Positions 11,167 through 21,176 of a stretch of DNA of 21,176 nucleotides are shown piece after piece. Source of the DNA: Octopus sinensis (lineage: Eukaryota); NCBI RefSeq assembly GCF_006345805.1, contig NW_021823800.1:1-21176 (forward strand). Reading direction: 5' to 3'. A model generated the notes under the pieces. It was not told the origin of the DNA and ran no database searches. It saw nothing but the letters and a program-made list of their open reading frames with translations. Made by a program: the position numbers and the translations under genes. Numbering within the stretch: the stretch's first letter is position 1; each line of letters begins with the position of its first letter.

Positions 11167-12180
11167 ACCAAGGAGGCGGTGGAGAATCATTCTGATGATG
11201 ATGGGTCACCACAATGTCATTAAACACCCCACCAATATTTCCTAATCCACCTCATTAAACCCCCAATACTTTATAATAAACTACACCAAGTTATAACTCC
11301 TCACCTGACACAAAACAAAACACATTTCACCTGCCAAACCCCTTTTTCATACAAACACATCTTTCTCATTGATACCCAAACATTGTCCCTTATATTAAAG
11401 ATAATTAAGATGAACCTACCTTTCATTAATTGGGCTTATTCATTAACCAATCTTTATGATCTCAATCAGCAACAAATAATAACGATCCTCTCAACATGCT
11501 GTCTATCAGTGTGATTATATGAAAGCTCATCTTTGGATAAGCTTTCCGAGTTAATCAATGTTGTGTATGATAATTGTGTGGATTATATTGAAATGTCGAA
11601 AGATTTACAGCATTTGTCAGGTTAAGAACAGTTTCATCTCCAGCTTTATTGGTATCTGTTAATCCAAGTAAATATGATGGAAGCCAAGCCAACCATGACT
11701 GTCACATCATTTCCAGTGCATATAATTATTAATAATACTTATATTCCTGATTTGTAGGGACGTGGTATTTCATTATGCAACCATAAATTCCTGTAAAATA
11801 TATTAAATCGTTTTAGAAGTCAACACCACATTCTACTTTGTTAGCAGTGTTTTTCACATTATTCTTTTGATATTCCATAGAAATTATAGTTGGCTCTGAT
11901 TTTTTGCTAAAACCTTTCCTATCGAGATGTCAGATGTAAACAAACAATGAGATAAACAATGAGAACAAACAACAGATGTTTTTCTCTTTGATCTCATTGT
12001 TTGTTTCCATCTGACATTTCGATATGAAATATTGTAGCAGGAAATCAGTCCTGGCTATAATTTCTACCGATAATATCTGTAGAAATAACCTCAACAAAAT
12101 ATTTATATTCCTTCTTACTAAAAAACTTTTCACCATCACTTATATTCAGTCAATAAAGATAATGGTGTATTTATATCTTC
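11167..12180 (+). other. Candidate degraded coding exon(s) upstream of the propeller exon
   Basis: Acceptor ttattttcatAG| at 11166. One frame has only about 5 stops over ~210 codons despite high AT (e.g. PFSYKHIFLIDTQTLSLILKIIKMNLPFINWAYSLTNLYDLNQQQIITILSTCC.../LYESSSLDKLSELINVVYDNCVDYIEMSKDLQHLS). There is a possible donor cag|GTTAAG at 11621. Confidence 0.35.
11920..12024. repeat. Isolated inverted repeat / hairpin
   Basis: Arms 11920-11953 and 11991-12024 (34 bp, 2 mismatches) with a 37-nt loop. Confidence 0.85.
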
Positions 12181-12340
12181 AAGTTTTATTTCTAATGATT
12201 ATTCCATTGAAAACAGTTTAAATGTTTAACTTCACTGTCAAATAAACAATTTGTTTAATATATTTAATGAAACGTGTGTTTTCCTTGAAATTCTTTGAAT
12301 GAATCAAGTAAATATTATTTTACCAAAAGCTTTTCACAAA

Positions 12341-12367
12341 ACTAATAAAGTTTTCATTTTATTTCAG
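12341..12367 (+). promoter_or_regulatory. 3' splice site with branch point
   Basis: actaat (branch-point consensus) at 12341-12346, then ttttcattttatttcAG ending at 12367, directly before coding-like sequence begins. Confidence 0.65.
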
Positions 12368-15300
12368 CTTTCATGTAAAAATTAGTGAATTTTGAAGAGA
12401 TAAATTGTATTCCAAAGGAAGAAAACAAAATCCACAGAAAAGAATATATTTAACAAAAAGATAATAATTCTATATTCATAAAATGGAGAAGATTAATGAA
12501 GAAAACAAAATGTTGGCTCTCATTCCCACCACAGTCTGTGATACAACAGCAATTTATAAGGAAACTACACCAATTCTTACCCAAATATTACACACACAAA
12601 ACACAAAGAAAACAGAAGAACAGGAAAGAAAAGACACAAAGAAATCTAAAGAACAGGAAAAGTCCATGTTACCAAGTTTTCTTCATATTGTGACATGTTA
12701 CCGAACACTAATCAAAACAGACCACATCAATACGTTTATAGATTATGTAAAGGATAAATGTAATCACATGGACTCTCTGGGTTTAAATGGATCTCGAATC
12801 TTATGTAATATCAAACGTAAAATGCCAAAATTTCTGGAATTGCAGAACAAAATAATGATTTTTTCACCAAAATCTTGATTGGTTTCAACAAAGACTCTTT
12901 GACATTTATGTCACCTGTAACCCATACAACCACAAGACCATAGAACCACCAAAAGTAATCACAAAATTTCGTCCTCTTCGGCCAGTTGTGACCAGAGAAG
13001 TAGAGATTGAGGAATCTGGTGAAGACTAACAACCCAATATCCAATATTGTCGTCATACAAGGGGGTATTGTAACATATTCCGCGCCATTATATGTCAATA
13101 TGTTGTATAACAAGAGACGGCAACAGAAATGAAGTTCATTGCTCATCTTCCGTCACTGATTTTACCAGAATCAGTGAAGACACAGTCCTCGCCACCATCC
13201 CATTTCGAAAGATGATTCTTATTATCAACCCTTTAAGTTTGAGAATCAAAAGAATTCAGCTAGGATTAATCTTGGTTTCTTATTTGGAACATTCTACGCT
13301 TATAGGTGTCGAAATGTTTGGCCAGACCATATACGTCATTGACTGGGAAGAGAATAGAATAAAATACGAATTCATAACCAAAGAAACCCCTTCAGATATT
13401 GCTGTAGGAGCACAAAATAAACTCTTAGTATCCTTTTCCAATATTAACAGGGTTACCTGTTACAATGTGGATGGCCAGCAGTTATTTGAGGTGGATACCA
13501 ATTCCCTGGACATTCCAAGCCACATCTCTGTGTACCAAAACCATTTTTATGTCCTTCAGGGACATATTATTTATCGGATATCAGGTACAGGTGCTGTGAC
13601 AACAAGAGAAATTGGCATGAAATGCCGCCAATTTCTGTGGCAAAGAAAACATTTTTGTAACGATTATTTTGATGTCCTTCATATCATTGGAATAAATGAA
13701 GACTTTTGGCCCAGGCAGTCATATAACCCCCAGCTATGGACCCCAACATTGAACAACTATATTGATATTGAGGATTGCTACAACATTACAAATATTCTAC
13801 CTATGTCTACATCTTCTATATTAATAATTTACAAAACAAGAAAGCTAAATTATTCACTGATAACGGGGAAATAATTAACCAAAATAATTCAGTTTTCCTT
13901 GAGCTTCCTTCTTTCTGTTTTAGAATAAACGCAAACAGGTTCCTGGTATTTATGTGAAATGAAAGGGTTTCAGTATATCACCTGTCCTGAACTAAGAAAA
14001 GGCCCTTAATAAAGGTGCAAACTGGTTACATGAAAATATGTCATATTGTATCAAAAAGTGTCTGGCTGTGACCACCACTGAAAACAAAAGCGAGGTCCAT
14101 ATCCTCTTGATCAACGAAGATAAAGTTGACATTGCAGAAAGAATTTCTCTGGGACATCATAATGTCAGCATTGCTGCAACTCCAATTAATTTTGTAGTCG
14201 TAGATGGAAACGAAAATAAAATGGTATTTTATTCCACATGTGGTGAAGAACTTTTTCAAAAATACCTTCCATTCTATGGCTACCCTCATCACATCTACTC
14301 TGATAATGTTTATTTCTATGTCCTCTTCAGGAGACACTCTATTCTCAAATGTGTACGATCTATATGGACAAATGAAATGGCAGTGGGAACTGCCTTTCCT
14401 GTTCACCCTCACATTGCTGTTTTCCAAGGAACTCTTTATGTCCCGGACACTCAACTCAACAGGGTTCTTCTTTACAAGTATCAAGACCGGTCGTCTGCTG
14501 CCTTTTACCCATTAAAAATCCTTATATCAGAAATCTAAATCTACGACTCAAAGAAAAGGAGAATGACAAAAAACTTGTAATTGGCGAAATATGTAATCTG
14601 TCCAATAGACAGTTGGTGGTGTCTGACATCAATCATGATAGCTTGTTGTACATTTCTGAGGAAGGAGACATTGTGTCCAGATTATCTCTGCCGTCTACAG
14701 CCACAGATATATGTCGATGGGATTCTAATCATATAGGGGTCACATTACCCCTACAGAAACAATTAAGGGTCATCGGAAACCTATCAAAGACAGTGAGAAG
14801 TGTAAAATTAAGGCAGCCTTATGTACGGGTGTGTAAGATTGGTGAAGGTGAAATTGTTTGTTATTGTGATAAACCATCACATTTAGACATTTTAGCCATC
14901 AATTATTATAATCAAGTGGAAGTAATTAAGACAATAAATATCCCTGTGTTCGTGAAATCATTATCAATAGACAAGAAAACAGAAAAGATATTAATTGTTA
15001 CTAGGGGAAAAGCGTTTCAGTACAACACTACAATAGGTGGTGGTGGTCATGGCAGTGCACGTCGTCAGAGTGGTGGAGGTGATGGTAGTAGTAATAGTAA
15101 TGATGGTAGTATTAGTAGTAGTGATGGTAGTATTAGTAGTGGTGATGGTAGTATTAGTAGTAGTGATGGTATGGTTTCCAGTGATTCAATGTCCGAAACA
15201 GAAGCTTTCTTCAAGGACATTAGTGGTGGTGGTCATGGCGGTCGTCAGATGGTCCCCAGTGTTTTAATGTCCCAAGTGAAACGTCCCCTCAGTCTCCAAG

Positions 15301-18061
15301 GTGGATCTATTGACCAAAACGTCTGTTTATCTGATAGACAGAAGCCGTATGTTTGCCATAAACGATCAGAATTGTTGTTTGGTTAATGATCTCGTTACTA
15401 ATAATCAACTTAATTATTATATCGACCTGGTGGATGTATTTTCCAGACACATTTCTCTCAGTGAATGTTGTCTTCCACTTTATATCTACAGGACCTGACA
15501 GTTCTGATAAAGCCAGACATATTCCTCTCCCTAACATTTGGGAGACAAAGAACCAGCGAGGATTGATTCTTGGTTCTTACTGAAAATAATCTGATTGCAG
15601 GATGTGACAGGGAGAATGGAAACATTAAGATATTCACATTGGATGGTCAACTATTGGATTCAATCAAAGTGAATGTTTATCATAGTATTAAAATGTGTCG
15701 ATGGCAGGCAAACACACTAGTCATTACGATGAGGGATGATGAAGATGATGATAAACTCCAACTGTTGACATTAAAAGTGGAATTTCCATTCTTGTTGGTA
15801 ATTTACAAAACGAGAAATAATTATGGTTGTGTGGCTTCTTTATCAAATAATCAACTGGTTTTGAGTGAATGGAGAGATGGAAGACATTTGCATTTTGTTG
15901 ATATTGATGAAATACATTCGAGTGTGAAGGAAATAAAAAAAATAGACATACCTGAACCATTAATAGAGAGAAGCAGAAATGGAAATTATTCTGATTACAT
16001 CCTGGATATTAAAGTTACTGATGAAGATGTCATCATTGTCTTCAACAGAAGATTCATCATTTTCTTCAACAGTGGTGGTCAATATTTACATTCAGTCAGA
16101 CACTACATGGATTATTTTAGTCGTGATGACATGATGACAATTGATGACAGTTTTTTGTACATTTATGGTAAATGGGAGAAATATTTTCGTTTATCTGGAT
16201 ATCAAAACATTTTGTGTTTGACCCAGAATGGGGAATACAAGAGAATATTTTTAAATAAAATAATTTATAAAGATGAACTATATTTCTCCAGTATAGACTG
16301 TAAAGGACCAAGGTTTGTTGGAAGCCCCAGGAGGGAAGAAAGGAATGAATTGTATGTTGAAGGGTTGTTTATGGTGAATCGAGACAGCTTCCCGGTTGCT
16401 CGTTTACAACAGACAATGTCCTGTTCAAGTAAAAGATTTTGATGTCTCTGAGGAAGGAAAGACAGTTGTGTGTGAAAAAGCCAATAATGAAAATGTTAAA
16501 ATATTCGATGAAGACGGCCAGTTGCTATGTCACAGAAATGTTGCAAGTTTAGTTGGTGGTGTGTGTTTTACACAAGAATCACACATAATGGCCACGGTTC
16601 CTAAAAGGAAAGAAATATTTCAACTGAATGGAGAAGATTTGCAGACATCTCAAGTTTGGTCGAGTCTCATCCCTTATGGTGTAATATGGAGAAAAGTGGC
16701 GGGTATTTACTGGTGTGTACATAATGAATTGATTGAATGTCATTGCATAAAGATTGATGGGGACCAAGTGAACATTCTGGAATCTGTGTGTCGTTATTAA
16801 ATCTTGATTCTGGTCTTCGTTTCCCTTCCATTACATCTGAAACGAACAAGGAAATATTCAGTAATGAATTAATTAATAAATTGGAATACAGAGGAGGAGT
16901 GGAGAGGAGGAGGAAGAAGAAGAGGTAAATTAGGTGAAATAATTGGTAAAGGTAGATTAAGGTGAGATGTGGTAATTACATAGCGGAGATTAATAATTCA
17001 GGAATTGATGAAATATCAGTGAAGAGACTTCCATATAGGACAGCAATGGTCCCTTTTTCCATTCCTGCATTCGAGGAACCTGTTGATTATGATTGGATAG
17101 ACATTAGGGACCGGAACAGTAAACTAATTAAGTTAGATGAGAATGTGAGTGTGTTGATGTTTCGAGAAAGTGTCACATTAATCAGAACAACAACAACAAC
17201 AAGAGTGGACCTACTTCAACATGAACAACAACAACGACCACCACTGGACATTGTCGGTGGACAGAGGAATGTTTCATTGTCGCCTTTGGGAGAGAAATGA
17301 GGGTCTTCAACAGGGATCTCCGTCGTTTAAAAACCATCAGAACTGAGAAATACTACAACAGGATTTATAAATACAACGACAATCAACTCGTGTGTGGTGG
17401 TCATTATATTAGAGACATAACTCAAGAAGAGAGACACAAGAAATACAAAAGAAGATGGAAGAAGAACAAGGATTACTATTTTTGCATCGACCCCGACATC
17501 TTTGACCCTTATTATGTGGATGTGGTTGATATCAAAGATGGGAAATGTATAGATGAAGTGTGTCGTGGGAAGATGGAGAGATTGGGAAGGTTGGAGGGAG
17601 ATGAAGGGGTGGAAGATGTGGGAGTCACATCTTTTGGTGATGTTGTTGTTGTGAGGAGGGAGAAGATGGAGGAGAAGGTGCTTGGATATTGGAAAGTTTT
17701 TTGTTTTGTGGAATGGTTCAGGGAAAAGTCTTTTGTGAGGAGGATAAGAATAGAAGAAAGAATAATTGTTGGTCTGGGATATTATTATATTGCAAGACCT
17801 CGTCTGACCATAATTGGTGAATGTGTTTATATAACAGATTCAAATAACAATATTTACGAAATACCTCAACATATTGAAGAGGAAACATCTGAAGACGATG
17901 AAATCCTGAGATTAAAAGATAATCCAAAATATTTACTCCTCAGAAATGATGATAATGAAGTCTCTGAAGTTCTTGGTTTGGATGTTTCAGACAATTCTTT
18001 GATGGTTTTTGGAATTATTCCTGGACGTCAATCTTTTGCTTTCTTTTATTTTGACAAATAA
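12368..18061 (+). CDS. Single very large exon encoding a charged helical segment plus about six tandem NHL-like beta-propeller domains; apparently frameshifted (assembly indels or pseudogene)
   Basis: ORFs 12483, 13092, 13775, 14038, 14613, 15301, 15570, 16396, 16962 and 17297 are contiguous and co-oriented, and they join by 1-2 base corrections. Repeated blade motifs: PSDIAVGAQNKLLVSFSNINRVTCYNVDGQ; QLVVSDINHDSLLYISEEGDIV...ATDICRWDSNHIGVTLP; LIAGCDRENGNIKIFTLDGQLL; VKDFDVSEEGKTVVCEKANNENVKIFDEDGQLL; LTIIGECVYITDSNNNIY. Stop TAA at 18059-18061. Confidence 0.75.
15081..15185 (+). repeat. In-frame 21-bp coding minisatellite (DGSISSS)n
   Basis: GATGGT starts at 15081, 15102, 15123, 15144 and 15165. 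Confidence 0.85.
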
Positions 18062-18117
18062 ATATTTCCAGAAATATTAAACTTCAATCTTCGTCTTCTT
18101 ATTGTTGTTGTTGTTTT

Positions 18118-18175
18118 AAATGGCTTCGCCCGGGAATCGAACCTGCATCGCATACATTGCATTCTACACACTAAC
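18118..18175 (-). other. Degenerate tRNA-like fragment (B box / T arm)
   Basis: The reverse complement contains gcaGGTTCGATTCCcgggcgaagcca. No intact cloverleaf is visible. Confidence 0.35.
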
Positions 18176-18427
18176 AAGTATCGTTGTAACATTCCTCAAC
18201 ACTCTCTCTTTGTGTGTGTGTGTATATTTATATACAGTATATGTACATGTGTTTATATATATACACACATATTTAGGAATGTATGTATAGAAATAAGGCT
18301 ATAAGTATGTATGTTTCTGTGTGTGTGTGTATATATATATATAAATATATACGCATGCATGTATGTATAGGAATGTCTGGTCTGAAAGCAGAGACTTTCA
18401 TAATCATTGATTCTCCATTAAAAGGCA

Positions 18428-18545
18428 GACGACCACCGCCGCCGTCTCCGCCACCGCCGTCTCTGCCACCGCCGTCGTCGTCGTCGTCATCATCATCATC
18501 ATAATCATCATCACCATCGTCATCATCATCATCGTCGTCATCAGC
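18428..18545. repeat. Compound trinucleotide repeat (CCG)/(TCG)/(CAT)
   Basis: Direct reading. Confidence 0.9.
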
Positions 18546-18725
18546 GTTGTGTGTGCGTGTGTGCAGTCTGCATCTGACAGTTTTTAAACGTTTAATAAGA
18601 ATAGATTGTTGTTGTGTTGTTGTTGTTGCAGTGACATTCCAACGCACACACGCACACAAACATTGCCTTTCGTCCTCGTAGGGTTGTTGTTGTTGTTGTT
18701 GCTGTTGGGGGTTCATAAAAAAAGA

Positions 18726-19095
18726 GAAGGACACTTAAGAAGCCTTCAGTAAAAGCTTTCCCATAGCTGGTCATTTTTCACGCTAGAAATAGAAACCACT
18801 TTACTTTTCATATAAAATTTGAAGGACACTTTAAGAAGCATTCATAAATAAAATTGACCTGTATATGGTCTCATTTCATGCTAGAAAGAGCCACCTAAAC
18901 CTTCCCATTTTTGTTTCATCACAAATAAAAATCGAAGGACAATTTTCAAAACATCCATGTCAAATATTGTCCTATAGATGGCCTAACATCATGCCTTAAT
19001 AACAGCAAAATACTCTGAAATTTGTATCGTTTTTCATCAAAAAACGTGAAGGACACTTTAAGAAGCAACTCTGAAAATATTGTCCTGCGGCGGTT
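18726..19095. repeat. Diverged tandem repeat of ~95-114 bp units, probably internal to a DNA transposon remnant
   Basis: The anchor gaaggacac(t)ttaagaagc, or a variant, occurs at 18726, 18821, 18934 and 19048. Secondary motifs (ttca.gctagaaa, aaatattgtcct) also recur. Confidence 0.7.
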
Positions 19096-20157
19096 TAAGT
19101 GTAAAACATTATAAAAGTATGCATCTATGAGTTTTATGTGTTTAAAAAACATAGCAAAGACATGAGTGTATATGTAGGTATATACATGTGTATAAGGGTA
19201 TTTTTGTATAAAAATGGGTATTTTTGAATGAAATTTGGTAGAAATAACTTTCAAACGATGCAGATTACGATGAAAAAGAAATTTGTTGGCAAAATGTTTT
19301 GTAAGGGGTCGAGGGAAAAAGTGTGTGATTGAAGGGAGATTTGGCTGTTGTTTCTAGCACACCACCCTCCTTACCTTCTTTTTTTTCCTCATTTTTCCCC
19401 CAGAAAACCATTTCGTTATAAAAAAATAAAAAGAATATTTTTAAAATCTCTGATTATTTTTAGCCCCACTACCCGGCCCCCGATTTTTTTCTTTATATAA
19501 TTGTAAAATAGTGGAGAGCCTGAGAAGATTCTTGCTGGGATTTATCCACAGGGATTTAAATAAGAGCTTTGTAAAAGAGGATTTTCTTTTGAGAGCATCC
19601 TTTTCTGTTAGAAAATGAAAGTGGAAGTTTCATTAAAATATCCATTTTCCTGGAAGTTATGAGGAAACAAAGTCGATGGGGTGTTCATCTGTAATTATGC
19701 CACAGGATGTATAAATATATATATATATATAACTGTAGAAATGTAGGTGTGTATAATATATATTATATGTATGTGTGTTTGTGTATACATTTATTCATGT
19801 ATATGTACAAGTTTAAAAAAGAAATATCAAAAGATGTTGGAATATTTGAGGTATTGGATAATTTCCGACTCTATTGTATAGGATTGCCGATACATTTATA
19901 TAGGGATATAAAATAACATCATACTATACCCACAGGAAAGCAGAATATTATACATACATACATATTCATATATAAACTCAGATATAAACACCTACAGCTA
20001 TTATACATATAATTATACATTATTATACGTAACCTTCTTGCACACACATAAATCCATCTGTGACAACCCATGCTTAAGGGTATCTGGTATCACACAAATC
20101 GCCCAGTCTGGAGTCTCTCTATAACTTCTGCCGCTTCCCGTTCAATTGTTTCTATTT

Positions 20158-20170
20158 GTTGCCTAGCAAC
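20158..20170. promoter_or_regulatory. RFX X-box-like motif
   Basis: GTTGCCTAGCAAC fits the RFX palindromic consensus. An inverted CCAAT (ATTGG) is at 20348-20352. Confidence 0.35.
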
Positions 20171-20431
20171 GCTAATTTCAATGACAAAAAACGTGGGGGA
20201 AAACCGAGTCGAAATTATTTATTTGCAATAAAGGAGACATTGTCAGCATTTTTATGAATTAAATAATGTTGAATGACATAAAATGTGTCACAATTAACTC
20301 ATTAATACGAATTAACAATTTCGACGTGAAAAAGAAAGGAAAACTTGATTGGACGGAACACGAGTGAAGTAAAACAGATGTGTGTATATGTATGTATAAT
20401 GTGTACGTTGGCGGGTAAATGTATGTATAGT

Positions 20432-20473
<42 letters not shown>

Positions 20474-20569
20474 ATATGTGTGTGTGTGTGTGGCGTGCGT
20501 TGTGGTGTATGTATAGGCGGATGTGTATGAATATATATATATACACATAGAGAGATACATACACGGCTA

Positions 20570-20954
20570 TCTCTCTCTATATAAAACGCAGTTTGTCTGT
20601 GCGTGTTTCTGTGTGTCTGTTTTTCGTACCTCACTCTGACCACGGCTTTCAACCGATTCTGATGAAACTTGACACACACATAGCCCAATGTCATAATTCA
20701 AAACTAACGCAGCGAAAAATTTTGAAAAGTTCCCCCAGTTCTGAAAAAAATCGATAAATCGACATGGGGTCGAGAATCAAAAAAAATAAACCACAGACTG
20801 TCTAGGGGACGCAACTCAAACTTTTTTTACTCTCAAAAAAAAATTTACCATCATTTTTTTTCCATTTTTTTGCTATTTTTTGGCTATAACTCTCTAAAAA
20901 TGCTTTATAGTTATTTCCCTTACAAACCTGAGCAACGCCGGGCGATACTGCTAG
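20570..20954 (+). mobile_element. Non-autonomous Helitron
   Basis: A|TC 5' end (tctctctctatataaaacg), subterminal hairpin cctgagcaacgccggg, and 3' CTAG|T. These are the canonical Helitron termini and AT target, with no TSD. Confidence 0.85.
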
Positions 20955-21079
20955 TCTATCTATATATGTATGTATATGCAGATGTGTATGAATATCTATA
21001 TACATATATATAGAGAGAAATATAAAGTAGAGACTGATGTATATACGGAATCTATCTCTCAGACTATGTGTATGTCTGT

Positions 21080-21150
21080 CTGTTTTTCTATCTATCTATC
21101 TATCTATCTATCTATCATATATAATCTATCTATCTTTCTATCTATCTATC
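21080..21150. repeat. (TATC)n microsatellite
   Basis: Direct reading. Confidence 0.9.
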
Positions 21151-21176
21151 TCTGCATTGTCTGTTTGTTTCTCTCT

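Noticed and set aside
11420-11790. Minus-strand exon bounded by tattttacAG and aag|GTAGGT
   Set aside because: All three minus frames contain several stops; the plus strand is more coding-like.
12483-17300. Programmed ribosomal frameshifting or RNA editing restoring the ORF
   Set aside because: More than 20 successive shifts without consistent slippery heptamers is implausible, and A-to-I editing cannot repair indels.
12811-17927. Minus-strand ORFs (12811-13146, 14041-14484, 15307-15537, 15724-15960 and others)
   Set aside because: They are antisense shadows of the plus-strand coding region with no recognisable motifs.
12483-18061. Bacterial-type or viral operon of small genes (e.g. ATGA overlap at 17297-17300)
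   Set aside because: The context is eukaryotic, there is a splice acceptor with branch point at the start, no consistent RBS is seen, and ORF boundaries fall mid-domain and are repaired by single-base changes.
18118-18175. Functional tRNA gene
   Set aside because: Only the T arm/B box is recognisable; there is no D arm, anticodon stem or acceptor-stem pairing.
18726-19095. CRISPR-like array
   Set aside because: The spacers are related to each other, the spacing is too long and irregular, no cas genes are present, and the DNA is eukaryotic.

Overview
AT-rich animal genomic DNA, most likely from an octopus or other coleoid cephalopod. This is inferred from dense (TA)n/(CA)n/(GA)n microsatellites, several tRNA-derived SINE families and RTE LINE fragments; no database search was possible. 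Positions 1-8.3 kb and 18.1-21.2 kb are almost entirely decayed mobile elements: LINE fragments, SINEs, a 388-bp fold-back element, a small MITE, a non-autonomous Helitron and a diverged ~110-bp tandem repeat. The main unique feature is a + strand coding block at about 12368-18061. The ORF track shows it as about ten separate ORFs. By hand it reads as one ~5.7-kb exon encoding ~1,900 aa: a charged helical segment followed by about six tandem, highly diverged NHL-like beta-propeller domains. It is broken by roughly 20-25 one- or two-base indels, nearly all in homopolymer or dinucleotide runs. That pattern suggests long-read consensus errors in a possibly intact gene, but a pseudogene cannot be excluded. 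Weaker candidate upstream exons lie at 8.4-9.35 kb and 11.2-12.2 kb. Coordinates and counts were read by eye and are approximate.
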